From positions 88,272-152,271 of the forward strand of contig CACLMD010000001.1 of the NCBI GenBank assembly GCA_902607945.1: a DNA stretch of 64,000 nucleotides. The letters run 5' to 3'. The translations under genes were made by a program, and so were the position numbers. The stretch comes from an uncultured Pelagibacteraceae bacterium (GTDB taxonomy: Bacteria; Pseudomonadota; Alphaproteobacteria; Pelagibacterales; Pelagibacteraceae). Numbering within the stretch: the stretch's first letter is position 1; every line of letters begins with the position of its first letter. The notes below the pieces were generated by a model. That model was not told where the DNA came from and searched no databases. It was given only the letters and a program-made list of their open reading frames with translations. This document shows positions 17,243 through 27,855 of this stretch, in pieces.

Positions 17243-17926
17243 ATGAAATCATCTGTAATAACCTTCCCTGGTTCAAACTGTGATAGAGATATGGATGTTG
17301 CTTTAAATAAATTTGGTTTCAAAAATAAAATGGTTTGGCATGATGATATTGAGTTGCCGAAAAGTGATTTAGTGGTCTTGCCTGGTGGTTTTTCATATGG
17401 TGACTATCTTCGATGTGGGAGTATGGCTTCAAAATCTAAAATAATGCAATCAGTTATAAATTTTGCAAAATCTGGTGGTTTAGTTATGGGAATTTGTAAT
17501 GGTTTCCAAATATTAGTGGAAACAGGTTTGGTACCTGGTGTTTTGTTAAGGAATAAATATTTAGAATTCATCTGTAAAAATGTTTTTATTAGAGTTGATA
17601 ATAAAGAAAACCCTTATTTCAAAAATCTTGATAAAGATATTTTTGAATTTCACATAGCTCACAATGAAGGAAATTATTTTTGTACAAGAGATCAACTTAA
17701 GGAAATTGAAGATAATAGCCAAGTTGCAATTTATTATTGTAACAACAAAGGTAAAATAGATGAGCAATTCAATCCTAATGGATCAGTAAAAAATATTGCA
17801 GGAATTTTAAATAAAGAAAAAAATGTCTTAGGTATGATGCCTCATCCAGAAAGAATGATTGATCAAAGTTTATCTGGTGAGGATGGTTCTATATTTTTTA
17901 AAAACTTAATTAATAATTTAAAATAA
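17243..17926 (+). CDS. purQ: FGAM synthase glutaminase subunit
   Basis: FPGSNCD, GGFSYGDYLR, GICNGFQ and GMMPHPER motifs. Confidence 0.96.
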   Translation: MKSSVITFPGSNCDRDMDVALNKFGFKNKMVWHDDIELPKSDLVVLPGGFSYGDYLRCGSMASKSKIMQSVINFAKSGGLVMGICNGFQILVETGLVPGVLLRNKYLEFICKNVFIRVDNKENPYFKNLDKDIFEFHIAHNEGNYFCTRDQLKEIEDNSQVAIYYCNNKGKIDEQFNPNGSVKNIAGILNKEKNVLGMMPHPERMIDQSLSGEDGSIFFKNLINNLK

Positions 17927-20115
17927 TGATTGTAAATGAAAAAGTAGCAATTGAGCATGGACTTAAGGCTGAAGAATATAAAAAAATTTGTGATTTGTTA
18001 AAAAGAACTCCTAATATCACTGAACTGGGAATATTTTCAGCGATGTGGAATGAGCATTGTTCTTATAAATCATCTAGGCTTCATCTAAAAAAATTACCCA
18101 CATCAGGAGAAAAAGTGATTCAGGGCCCAGGAGAAAATGCTGGTGTAATAGATATTGAAGATGGTGATGCAATAGTTTTTAAAATAGAAAGCCATAATCA
18201 TCCTTCATTTATAGAACCTTATCAGGGAGCAGCAACAGGCGTTGGAGGAATTATGAGGGATGTTTTTACAATGGGAGCTAGACCTATTGCAAATTTAAAT
18301 TCAATTCATTTTGGCTCACCCCAACATAAAAAAACAAAAAATTTACTTAGAGGTGTTGTTCACGGTATAGGAGGATATGGAAATTGTATGGGAATTCCAA
18401 CGATAGCGGGTCAAACAAGTTTTGATAGCTCATACAATGGAAACATTTTAGTTAATGCAATGACTTTAGGTTTAGTAAAAAAAAACAAAATTTTTTATTC
18501 TAAAGCCACAGGATTAAATAAACCTGTGATATATGTAGGTTCAAAAACAGGTCGTGATGGAATTCATGGAGCAAGTATGGCTTCAGCAAGTTTTGACGAA
18601 AAAATTGAGGAAAAAAAACCTACTGTTCAAGTTGGAGATCCTTTTACCGAAAAATTATTACTTGAAGCATGTCTAGAATTAATGGCTGGAGACTCAATAA
18701 TTGCGATTCAAGATATGGGTGCCGCTGGATTAACTTCTTCAAGTATAGAAATGGCATCAAAAGGGAATCTTGGAATTGAAATAAATCTGAATAAAGTTCC
18801 TACAAGAGAGGCCAATATGACACCATATGAAATTATGCTTTCTGAAAGTCAAGAGCGCATGTTGATTGTGCTTGAAAATGGTAAAGAGGAAGAGGCTAAA
18901 AAAATTTTTGATAAATGGAATTTAGATTTTGCGATAATTGGTAAAACAACTAAATCAAAAAAAATTGAACTCTTTTTTGATAACAAACAAGTTACAGATA
19001 TTCCTGTAAATACATTAGTTGAGAATTCACCTATGTATGATCGTAAGTGGAAAAAAGCAAAGCTACCGAAAAAAAATAAAATTAAAAAAGAAGATTTAAA
19101 TAATTTAAAGATTATAGATGTTTTAAAGAAAGTTTTATCAAATCCAAATATATGTAATAAAGAATGGATTTGGCAACAATATGACCATACAGTTATGGGA
19201 GACACTATTCAGAAACCTGGTGGAGACTCAGGTGTTGTTAGAGTTCACGGAACTAACAAAGCTGTAGCAGCATCAGTAGATTCATCAGCTGTTTATTGTT
19301 GGGCTCATCCTCTTACAGGAGGCAAACAAGTAGTTTGTGAAAGTTTTAGAAATCTTATTTCTGTCGGAGCAAAACCAGTTGCAATAACTAATTGTTTGAA
19401 TTTTGGAAGTCCTGAGAATGAAGAAAATATGGGAGAATTTGTAGAATGTGTTCAGGGTATTGGAGAAGCTAGTGAGTATCTTAAATTTCCAGTGGTGTCA
19501 GGTAATGTATCTTTTTATAATCAAACAAAAGATGTTGGGATTAAACCAACTCCATCCATTGGTGGTGTTGGTTTAATAAAAGATTACAAAAATATGATCA
19601 CAATGGACTTAAAAGAAGTTGGTAACCTAGTTTTAGTAATTGGTAAAACTGAAGGTCACATCGATCAAAGTTTGTTTGCAAGAAATATTTTAGACGAAAA
19701 AAATGGTCCTCCACCTGAAGTGAATCTTTTTAATGAAAAGAATAATGGAGAAACTTTATTAAAATTAATTGATAATGGGTTCATTAAAAGTGCTCATGAT
19801 ATTTCTTTAGGGGGTATTATCACTGCTATAAGTAAAATGTGTATCAAAGGAAATAAGGGGATAAATCTTAAAATGTCAAAAAATCTAATAAATGAAATTG
19901 AATATTTTTTTGGAGAAGATCAAGGAAGATATTTAATTGAAATTACCAAGAAAGATCAAAAAAAAGTAACTGATATACTTGAAAAAAATGCAGTTCATTT
20001 TGATGAACTCGGAACAATAAATGAAGATTTGCTATATATTAACGATAAGACAAAAGTTACAATTGACGAATTAAAAACATCAAATACAAGTTGGTTAAAT
20101 AATTATATGAGTTAA
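17926..20115 (+). CDS. purL: FGAM synthase subunit PurL
   Basis: MWNEHCSYKSS, ESHNHPS and DMGAAGL motifs. Confidence 0.96.
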   Translation: MIVNEKVAIEHGLKAEEYKKICDLLKRTPNITELGIFSAMWNEHCSYKSSRLHLKKLPTSGEKVIQGPGENAGVIDIEDGDAIVFKIESHNHPSFIEPYQGAATGVGGIMRDVFTMGARPIANLNSIHFGSPQHKKTKNLLRGVVHGIGGYGNCMGIPTIAGQTSFDSSYNGNILVNAMTLGLVKKNKIFYSKATGLNKPVIYVGSKTGRDGIHGASMASASFDEKIEEKKPTVQVGDPFTEKLLLEACLELMAGDSIIAIQDMGAAGLTSSSIEMASKGNLGIEINLNKVPTREANMTPYEIMLSESQERMLIVLENGKEEEAKKIFDKWNLDFAIIGKTTKSKKIELFFDNKQVTDIPVNTLVENSPMYDRKWKKAKLPKKNKIKKEDLNNLKIIDVLKKVLSNPNICNKEWIWQQYDHTVMGDTIQKPGGDSGVVRVHGTNKAVAASVDSSAVYCWAHPLTGGKQVVCESFRNLISVGAKPVAITNCLNFGSPENEENMGEFVECVQGIGEASEYLKFPVVSGNVSFYNQTKDVGIKPTPSIGGVGLIKDYKNMITMDLKEVGNLVLVIGKTEGHIDQSLFARNILDEKNGPPPEVNLFNEKNNGETLLKLIDNGFIKSAHDISLGGIITAISKMCIKGNKGINLKMSKNLINEIEYFFGEDQGRYLIEITKKDQKKVTDILEKNAVHFDELGTINEDLLYINDKTKVTIDELKTSNTSWLNNYMS

Positions 20116-20117
20116 TA

Positions 20118-20348
20118 ATGGCAATGGATTTAAAAGAAATTGAGAACTTAATCAAAGAAGCATTATCTGATGCTAAGGTTGAAATTCAAGATTTGGCTGG
20201 TGATGGAAATCATTATTCAGCAACTATAACATCTTCTCAATTTTCTGGTAAAAGTAAGATTGAACAACATAAAATGGTATACAATTCTCTAAAAGGTAAA
20301 ATGGGTAATGAACTACATGCCTTAGCAATTAAAACAAAGGAGCAATAA
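20118..20348 (+). CDS. bolA: BolA family protein
   Basis: GDGNHY...QHKMVY...LHALAI motif; adjacent to grxD. Confidence 0.9.
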   Translation: MAMDLKEIENLIKEALSDAKVEIQDLAGDGNHYSATITSSQFSGKSKIEQHKMVYNSLKGKMGNELHALAIKTKEQ

Positions 20349-20680
20349 TGGATGATCAGACAAAAAATTTAATTCAAAATCACATAGATAGTAATGATAT
20401 ATGTTTGTTTATGAAAGGAACGCCAGATGCTCCTCAATGTGGATTCTCAATGGCTGTAACTAATATGTTAAAATTACTTGAGGTAAATTACAAAGCTATA
20501 AATGTACTTGAAAGTCAAAATATTAGAGAGGGTATTAAAGTATTTAGTGATTGGCCCACTATTCCACAATTATATATTAAAAAAGAATTTATTGGTGGAT
20601 GTGATATAGTAAAAGAAATGTATGAAAATGGTGAACTTAAAAAAGTTCTAGAAGACAAAGAAATCAATTTTAAGAAATAA
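20348..20680 (+). CDS. grxD: Monothiol glutaredoxin
   Basis: PQCGFS, WPTIPQLY and GGCD motifs. Confidence 0.95.
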   Translation: MDDQTKNLIQNHIDSNDICLFMKGTPDAPQCGFSMAVTNMLKLLEVNYKAINVLESQNIREGIKVFSDWPTIPQLYIKKEFIGGCDIVKEMYENGELKKVLEDKEINFKK

Positions 20681-20682
20681 CA

Positions 20683-21294
20683 TTATCTAATTAAATTTCT
20701 AAGTAATTTAGAAAAAAATTTCCTTGCTAGGGTTAATCTTGATATTTTTTCGTAATCAATAAGATCTTTTTTTACAATTTTAAATTCAATTGAATTCTCC
20801 CAATACAGTTCAAGAATTAAACTTTGCCTGAAATATTTAGAAAATTTTTTAATTGATGAAACTGTAATTACAGGTTCTAAATATTGAATTTTTTTTGATA
20901 TTTGTAGCTGACTTTTGTTATCTTCAAACTCCATGTGCCATAAATGATCTTTTTTATTTTCAAAAACTAAATTATCTTCAAGAATTGTGGGTAGTTCAAT
21001 ATAACCTTTTGTAGATACTCTCTCTAATTCTTTAATTAAAAAATCTACATCCTCTACATGCTCAAGTACATGAGATGTAATCACAAAATCAAACTCTTTA
21101 TCTTTAAAGGGTAAAATTTTATCAGTTAATCTTACAAAATTTCTATCCTTATAAAAATTTGATAAATCCTGAACATCACAAATTACTGAGGCATCATTAT
21201 GTGGTGTATATCCGCAACCTATATCAAGTATATTCCAGCTAGGATTTTCCTTTAAAAGATTGTCAATAAACTTTTTTGAAGATCGTTTGATCAA
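20683..21294 (-). CDS. Class I SAM-dependent methyltransferase (Methyltransf_11-like)
   Basis: ILDIGCG and LPFKDKEFDFVITSHVLEH motifs. Confidence 0.85.
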   Translation of the reverse strand: MIKRSSKKFIDNLLKENPSWNILDIGCGYTPHNDASVICDVQDLSNFYKDRNFVRLTDKILPFKDKEFDFVITSHVLEHVEDVDFLIKELERVSTKGYIELPTILEDNLVFENKKDHLWHMEFEDNKSQLQISKKIQYLEPVITVSSIKKFSKYFRQSLILELYWENSIEFKIVKKDLIDYEKISRLTLARKFFSKLLRNLIR

Positions 21295-21299
21295 AATTT

Positions 21300-21917
21300 T
21301 TATCTTGAGTAATACTCAATTACTAAATTTGGTTCCATCACGATTGGATAAGGAACTTCTTCAAATTTTGGAACTCTAACAAATTTTAATTTTTTGTTTT
21401 TTTCGTCCATTTGAATATATTCTGGAGTTTCTCTTTCTTTGTTAGCTAAAGCTATATCAATAATTGCTAACTGTTTTGATTTATCTCTAATTTCTATTGT
21501 ATCTTCCTCTTTTACTACATAACTTCCAATATTAACTTTTTTTCCATTCACTTTAACATGACCATGATTAATTAGTTGTCTTGCAGAAAAAATTGTAGTT
21601 GCAAATTTTGCTCTGTAAGTGATAGCATCAAGTCTTCTCTCTAAAAGACCGATCAAATTTTCACTTGTATCACCTTTAAGCATGGTTGCTTTTTTGTAAA
21701 TATTTCTAAATTGTCTTTCGTTAATGTTTCCATAGTAAGCTTTGAGTTTTTGTTTTGCTTGTAGCTGAATTCCATAATCTGAGGGTTTACCTTGTCTAGA
21801 TTGACCATGTTGACCTGGCCCATAAGCTCTAGTATTAAAAGGACTTTTAGGTCTACCCCACAAATTTACTTTTAGTCTTCTGTCTACTTTGTGTTTAGAG
21901 TTTAATCTTTTTGTCAT
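21300..21917 (-). CDS. rpsD: 30S ribosomal protein S4
   Basis: PGQHG, SDYGIQL.AKQK, LERRLD and ARQLINHGH motifs. Confidence 0.97.
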   Translation of the reverse strand: MTKRLNSKHKVDRRLKVNLWGRPKSPFNTRAYGPGQHGQSRQGKPSDYGIQLQAKQKLKAYYGNINERQFRNIYKKATMLKGDTSENLIGLLERRLDAITYRAKFATTIFSARQLINHGHVKVNGKKVNIGSYVVKEEDTIEIRDKSKQLAIIDIALANKERETPEYIQMDEKNKKLKFVRVPKFEEVPYPIVMEPNLVIEYYSR

Positions 21918-21929
21918 TTGATAATTCGT

Positions 21930-21957
21930 CTTATAAACTTACTCTTTGTTTTGTCAA
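21930..21957 (-). promoter_or_regulatory. Putative sigma70 promoter of rpsD
   Basis: Minus strand TTGACA-16 nt-TATAAG just upstream of the start codon. Confidence 0.5.
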
Positions 21958-22671
21958 TCAACGTTTTTTTCCTAAACTAGCAAATACACCTGATAATATA
22001 CGAGTTTCTTTATCAGATAAGTCCATTTTATAAAAAATATTTCTTAGGTTCTCAAGCATTTTTGGTCTCTTTTCCTTAGGTCTAAAGAAATTAATTTCAT
22101 CGAGATTTTTAATACAAAGACTTAACATTGATTGAATTTCTTTTTTACTAGCTGATTTAATTTTTTTTGATTTTTTAAATGGAACATTTTTAAATTTAAT
22201 AATATCAGCTACGTATTGAGCAATTATGATCAGACTATGGGATAAATTCAATGATTTAAAATCAGGATTAGTAGGTATTTGCAAAGTATAATTGGCATAA
22301 CTGACCTCATCGTTAGACAAACCTGAGGCCTCTGAACCAAACAAAAACCCAATTTTCTTTTTAAAATTGATCTTTTTTAAATCATCTAAATTTATATGTT
22401 TAATATTTTTATTTCTAAATCTTGCAGAGGTGGCAATAACAATGTCAATTTTGCTTATGGCCTTCTCTAAATTATCATACTTTTTGCTTTGTTTAATAAC
22501 GTCTTTAGCACCAACAGATGTGGCTAGAATTTTATCGTTTGGAAAAATAGGTATAGGATTAATTAAAACTAATTTTTTAAAATTAAAGTTCTTAATTGCT
22601 CTAGCGCAAGCGCCAATATTTTCTGATAATTGAGGTTTATGAAGAATAAATGAGATATTATTTTTACTCAT
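21958..22671 (-). CDS. trmJ: TrmJ/LasT family SPOUT RNA methyltransferase
   Basis: ENIGACARA, FGSEASGL and SLNLSH motifs. Confidence 0.85.
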   Translation of the reverse strand: MSKNNISFILHKPQLSENIGACARAIKNFNFKKLVLINPIPIFPNDKILATSVGAKDVIKQSKKYDNLEKAISKIDIVIATSARFRNKNIKHINLDDLKKINFKKKIGFLFGSEASGLSNDEVSYANYTLQIPTNPDFKSLNLSHSLIIIAQYVADIIKFKNVPFKKSKKIKSASKKEIQSMLSLCIKNLDEINFFRPKEKRPKMLENLRNIFYKMDLSDKETRILSGVFASLGKKR

Positions 22672-24273
22672 TTATTTACTTGCAGGTGCATTATCTTTAA
22701 ATAGTTTATAATCCAAACTATCTATTAATGCTTTGAACGAAGCATCGATAATGTTTGTTGAAACACCAATAGTAAACCAATTTTTTCCTTTAGAATCTGT
22801 ACTTTCAATTGATACTCTTGTTACAGCCTCTGTTCCTGTATTTAAAATTCTAACTTTATAATCCACCAGCTTTAAATCTTTTAAGTATTTTGAGTATTTT
22901 GCTAATCTATCAACATTTTGTCTTATAGCATTATCTAAAGCATTTACTGGCCCATTACCCTCTCCTTCACACATAATTTTTTCTCCATCAACCTCCAATT
23001 GGGCTTTTGCAGAAGAAACTATTTCACCAGTTTTATTTTTTTTTACCGATACATCATATTCATTAATAGATATGTATCTTGGTATTTCTCCTATAATTCT
23101 TCTAGCCAATAATTCAAATGATGCATCAGCACCATCATAACTATAACCAATAAATTCTCTGTCTTTTACTTCGTTTAATAATTTTTTAATTTTTGGATCA
23201 TTTTCTTGAATATCAATTTTGATGCTTTTTAATCTTGAAATGATATTCGATTTTCCTGATTGATCAGAGACAACAATATTTCTTGTGTTACCAACTTCTT
23301 CTGGGTTGATGTGTTCATAAGTTTTTGGATCTTTTTGCACAGCAGATACATGCAATCCCCCTTTATGTGAAAAAGCTGCAGCACCTACATATGGTAAATG
23401 TTGGTTAGGTTTTCTGTTTAAAATTTCATCTAAAAGTCTCGAACAATCAGTGAGATTTTTGATGTTATTTGATTTTATTCCAATTTCAAATTGAGATGAA
23501 AAATCTTTCTTTAAAAAGAATGTTGGTATTAATGTCATTAAATTTGCATTTCCACATCTTTCACCTAATCCATTTATTGTACCTTGAATTTGTCTAACAC
23601 CAGACAATACTGCTGCTAATGAATTAGCTACCGCATTACCAGTATCATTATGAGCGTGAATTCCTAAGTTTTTTCCTGGTACTACTTTTGCAACTTCACT
23701 CACTATTTGTGTAACTTCATGAGGAAGTGTTCCACCATTAGTATCACACAGTATTACCCACCTAGCACCTTGATCATAAGCAGCTTTAATACAAGAAACT
23801 GCATATTTCGGATTTGTCTTATAACCATCAAAAAAATGTTCTGCATCAAACATAAATTCTTTTTTTGCTTTAATAAAATGTTTGGCACTCTCAGAAATAT
23901 TATCTAAATTTTCCTCATTTGTTATTCCTAAAGCAACATCAACATGGAAGTCCCAAGACTTACCTACCAAGCATACTGCAGAGGTATTAGAGTTCATAAG
24001 TGCAGATAAACCAGTGTCATTTTCTGCACTACGTCCAGATCTCTTTGTCATTCCAAAAGATGTTAGTTTTGAATTTTTGAAATCATGTTTCTTCTGAAAA
24101 AATTCTGTATCTGTTGGGTTAGCCCCAGGCCATCCTCCCTCTATATAATCCACACCTAGATTGTCCAAAGCTAAAGCAATTTTTTCTTTATCTTCTAAAG
24201 AAAAGTCAACTCCTTGTGTTTGAGCTCCATCCCTTAGAGTTGTATCAAATATGTATAATCTTTCTTTGCTCAT
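22672..24273 (-). CDS. cimA: Citramalate synthase (LeuA/CimA family)
   Basis: DTTLRDGAQ, YIEGGWPG, FDAEHFFDG, HAHND and AFSHKGGLH motifs. Confidence 0.88.
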   Translation of the reverse strand: MSKERLYIFDTTLRDGAQTQGVDFSLEDKEKIALALDNLGVDYIEGGWPGANPTDTEFFQKKHDFKNSKLTSFGMTKRSGRSAENDTGLSALMNSNTSAVCLVGKSWDFHVDVALGITNEENLDNISESAKHFIKAKKEFMFDAEHFFDGYKTNPKYAVSCIKAAYDQGARWVILCDTNGGTLPHEVTQIVSEVAKVVPGKNLGIHAHNDTGNAVANSLAAVLSGVRQIQGTINGLGERCGNANLMTLIPTFFLKKDFSSQFEIGIKSNNIKNLTDCSRLLDEILNRKPNQHLPYVGAAAFSHKGGLHVSAVQKDPKTYEHINPEEVGNTRNIVVSDQSGKSNIISRLKSIKIDIQENDPKIKKLLNEVKDREFIGYSYDGADASFELLARRIIGEIPRYISINEYDVSVKKNKTGEIVSSAKAQLEVDGEKIMCEGEGNGPVNALDNAIRQNVDRLAKYSKYLKDLKLVDYKVRILNTGTEAVTRVSIESTDSKGKNWFTIGVSTNIIDASFKALIDSLDYKLFKDNAPASK

Positions 24274-25613
24274 TTAAATTTCCAGAGTGTTTTACCATCT
24301 TTGTCCTCTATTAAAACACCTTTGTCTAAAAGCTCATCTCTAATTCTATCAGCTTCTTTATAATTCTTATTTTCTCTGGCTTTATCTCTTAAACTAAGAA
24401 AATTTTCAATTTCAGACTCGGTTATAGACACTCTATTCTTTTTAAACTTATTCCATTGCTCACTAGTTTCATTCATCAAACCAATAAATTTACATGCAGA
24501 AATAAATAAGTCTATGTTTTCACCTTTATTAGCTTTTTCATATAATTTATGAAGGTTGGCAATATATCCTGGGGTATTCAGATCTTCATACAATGGTTTT
24601 AAAATTTCATCTGAAACTTTGACAGATTTCAGATTAGATGAATACACTTTATACCATTTATCTAAAGTACTTTCACAATCACCTAATAATTTATCGTTCC
24701 AATCTAATGGTTGTTTGTAGTGTGCACTCATTAAAGCTAATCTAATTATTTGGCCACTAATCTTATTTCTAAAATCTTTTATCTTAAGAATGTTACCTTG
24801 AGATTTGGCCATTTTTTCATTTGACATTGTAATAAATGCGTTGTGGACCCAATAATTTGCAAAAACTTTTGTATCATTGGCACATCTAGATTGAGCTATT
24901 TCATTTTCATGATGGGGAAAAATTAAGTCTATACCCCCACCATGAATATCGAATTCATTACCTAGGAATTTTTTTGACATAGCTGAACACTCTAAATGCC
25001 AACCTGGCCTGCCTTTACCCCAAGGAGAATCCCAAGCAGGTTCATCATTATTTGATGGTTTCCATAAAACAAAGTCTTCTGAATTTTTTTTATTTTCACT
25101 AATTTCTACTCTAGATCCAGCAACTAAATCTTCTAAATTTTTATTTGATAATTTTCCATAATCAGAAAATTTTTTAACCTCAAAATAAACGTGTTTTTTA
25201 TTTTCGTATGCAAATCCTTTTTTAATTAAACCATTAATCATTTCAATCATAAGATCAATGTGTTCAGTTGCTTTCGGCTGATGAGTGGGATTTTCACAAT
25301 TCAAAAACTCACAATCTTTAAAAAAGCTTGAAGTTACTTTTTCTGTAAGCTCTTTTGTAGAAATTTTTTGTTCTTGTGAAGATTTAATTATTTTATCATC
25401 AATATCAGTAATGTTTCTTACATATGTAACTAAGGGAAATTCATTTTTTAATAATTTAAATAAAATATCAAAAATTACTAATGGTCTTGCATTTCCTATA
25501 TGAGGATCATCATAAACTGTGGGTCCACAAACATACATTCCAACATTTTTTTTTTCTTTAGGAACAAAATGTTCTTTTTTATTACTTAAATTATTTGTTA
25601 AAAAAATATCCAT
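24270..25613 (-). CDS. cysS: Cysteinyl-tRNA synthetase
   Basis: CGPTVY, HIGN, GRPGWHLEC and KMAKS motifs. Confidence 0.96.
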   Translation of the reverse strand: MDIFLTNNLSNKKEHFVPKEKKNVGMYVCGPTVYDDPHIGNARPLVIFDILFKLLKNEFPLVTYVRNITDIDDKIIKSSQEQKISTKELTEKVTSSFFKDCEFLNCENPTHQPKATEHIDLMIEMINGLIKKGFAYENKKHVYFEVKKFSDYGKLSNKNLEDLVAGSRVEISENKKNSEDFVLWKPSNNDEPAWDSPWGKGRPGWHLECSAMSKKFLGNEFDIHGGGIDLIFPHHENEIAQSRCANDTKVFANYWVHNAFITMSNEKMAKSQGNILKIKDFRNKISGQIIRLALMSAHYKQPLDWNDKLLGDCESTLDKWYKVYSSNLKSVKVSDEILKPLYEDLNTPGYIANLHKLYEKANKGENIDLFISACKFIGLMNETSEQWNKFKKNRVSITESEIENFLSLRDKARENKNYKEADRIRDELLDKGVLIEDKDGKTLWKFK

Positions 25614-25664
25614 ATCGGTTGATTTAGAAATATACCTTATTTGATGATTTGTTAATCTAATTGA

Positions 25665-26402
25665 TTAACTTGGAATTTTGCAAACTGGAATTGGCTCCAT
25701 TTTATGCAAATTTTGATTTCGAATTTTTTCGAATTGTTCTCTGTGGGGAGAATTTGGGTTGCCCATTGCATCTTCAAGCTCTGAATATTTGAATCCTAAT
25801 TGGCCTTCATCTGTTCTTCCATCATCCCATAAACCATCAGTAGGTGGAGCATCGATAATTTCTTTTAATATCCCTAATTCTTTTCCAAGATCCCATACTT
25901 CAGTTTTATTACAATCTGCTATTGGTGAGATATCAACTCCTCCATCACCATATTTCGTATAAAACCCAACACCAAAATCCTCTACTTTATTGCCAGTTCC
26001 AACTACGATTCCTTTGTTTGCAGCAGCTACTTGATAAAGAGTTGTCATTCTTAATCTTGCTCTTGAATTTGCAAATCCATGTTCATTATCAAATTTACTA
26101 AGTGTAGATGAAAACGACTCAAACAATTTATCTAAACTAATCGTATGTGCTTCTACATTTTTGAAATTTTTTAATAACCATTCTTGATGTTTTAGACTTA
26201 AATCGTGTTGATTTACTTTTTGTTTTATTGGCATTGCTAGAGCTATAGTTTTTAATCCTGTCATAGCACTAAGTGTGCTTGATACAGATGAGTCTATCCC
26301 ACCAGATATTCCAATCACTAAAGATTGAGCTTTACTAGGCATTTTATCTACATATGCCTTAATCCAGTTAGAAATATATTTAACTTTTTCTGAAGGTGTC
26401 AT
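25665..26402 (-). CDS. nadE: NH3-dependent NAD+ synthetase
   Basis: GISGGIDS, ARLRM and FYTKYGDG motifs. Confidence 0.93.
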   Translation of the reverse strand: MTPSEKVKYISNWIKAYVDKMPSKAQSLVIGISGGIDSSVSSTLSAMTGLKTIALAMPIKQKVNQHDLSLKHQEWLLKNFKNVEAHTISLDKLFESFSSTLSKFDNEHGFANSRARLRMTTLYQVAAANKGIVVGTGNKVEDFGVGFYTKYGDGGVDISPIADCNKTEVWDLGKELGILKEIIDAPPTDGLWDDGRTDEGQLGFKYSELEDAMGNPNSPHREQFEKIRNQNLHKMEPIPVCKIPS

Positions 26403-26440
26403 AATTAATATTTAATAATATTATGTTTGAAAGCAATAGA

Positions 26441-27826
26441 CTAAGATGCCGCCTGAATAGCATTTTTAGAATAGCTGCTATTCTTTTTTATCTCATCTGA
26501 AATCAAAAATGCTAGTTCTAAAGCCTGATTTGCATTCAATCTGGGATCACAATGAGTATGATATCTTGAGGATAAGTCTTTATCAGAAATTTTTTGTGCT
26601 CCCCCTGTACATTCGGTTACATTTTGTCCAGTTAATTCAATATGTAATCCGCCAGCATAACTTCCTTCACTCTGATGACATGCAAATACATTTTTTACCT
26701 CACTTAATACGCTATTAAATGGTCTTGTTTTAAATCCAGTTGTAGCCTGGATTGTGTTACCATGGCAAGGATCACAAGACCAAATTACATTTAGACCTTC
26801 TTTTCTGATTGCTCTTATTAATTTCGGTAAATGTTTAGATACATTATCATAACCAAATCTTGAAATTAAAGTTATTTTTCCTTTTTCATTTGATGGATTA
26901 ATCTTGTTACAAAGATTTATCAAATCATCAGCTTTTAAAGTAGGACCACATTTTATTCCAATAGGATTTTCTATTCCTCTACAAAATTCAACGTGTCCTC
27001 CATCAAGCTGTCTAGTTCTATCTCCAATCCAAACAAAGTGAGCTGATGTATCGTGGTTTTCACCGGTGGTTGAGTCTAATCTAGTCATTGACTCTTCAAA
27101 AGGTAATAGTAAAGCTTCATGGGATGTCCAAAAATTAACAGTTTTTAATCTTCTGTTAAAGTCTGAATTAATTCCACATGCATCCATAAAAGATAAGGCT
27201 TTAGCTATTTGATCTTCTAATTCTTTAAATCTTTTGGCTTCTGGACTTTTTTTGATAAAACCTAAATTCCAAGTATGTACATTTTTTAAATCTGCAAAAC
27301 CACCATGACAGAAAGCTCTAACTAAATTTAAGGTTGCTGCAGATTGAGAATATGCTTTAAATAATCTTTTTGGATCTGGAATTCTTGCCTTTTCACTAAA
27401 TTCTATACCATTTATATTGTCACCTAAGTAGCTTGGTAGTTCAACTCCATTTTTTGTTTCAATTGGCGAACTTCTAGGTTTTGAGAATTGTCCTGCTATT
27501 CTACCCAACTTAACCACCGGTAATGATGCAGAGTAAGTAAGAACCAAAGACATTTGCAACATCAATTTAAACGTATCTCTTATATTGTCAGGATGAAACT
27601 CTGCAAAACTTTCTGCACAATCTCCACCTTGTAAAAGAAAAGCTTTGCCATCTACAACTTCTGCAAGTTGCTGTTTAAGGTGCCTAGTTTCACCAGCAAA
27701 AACTAAAGGAGGAAAAGATCTCATTTTATCTAAAACTTGATCTAACTCTTTTTTATCAGGGTATTCCGGGATATGTTTTACCGGATACTTTCTCCAACTA
27801 TTTACTTTCCAATTTTTCATGTTCAA
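26441..27826 (-). CDS. Class II DAHP synthase
   Basis: LQGGDCAESF, GRIAGQFSKPRS, WIGDRTR and CDPRLN motifs. Confidence 0.93.
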   Translation of the reverse strand: MNMKNWKVNSWRKYPVKHIPEYPDKKELDQVLDKMRSFPPLVFAGETRHLKQQLAEVVDGKAFLLQGGDCAESFAEFHPDNIRDTFKLMLQMSLVLTYSASLPVVKLGRIAGQFSKPRSSPIETKNGVELPSYLGDNINGIEFSEKARIPDPKRLFKAYSQSAATLNLVRAFCHGGFADLKNVHTWNLGFIKKSPEAKRFKELEDQIAKALSFMDACGINSDFNRRLKTVNFWTSHEALLLPFEESMTRLDSTTGENHDTSAHFVWIGDRTRQLDGGHVEFCRGIENPIGIKCGPTLKADDLINLCNKINPSNEKGKITLISRFGYDNVSKHLPKLIRAIRKEGLNVIWSCDPCHGNTIQATTGFKTRPFNSVLSEVKNVFACHQSEGSYAGGLHIELTGQNVTECTGGAQKISDKDLSSRYHTHCDPRLNANQALELAFLISDEIKKNSSYSKNAIQAAS

Positions 27827-27855
27827 CCTAAGATTGTTGTATCAGAGTTTTCTTA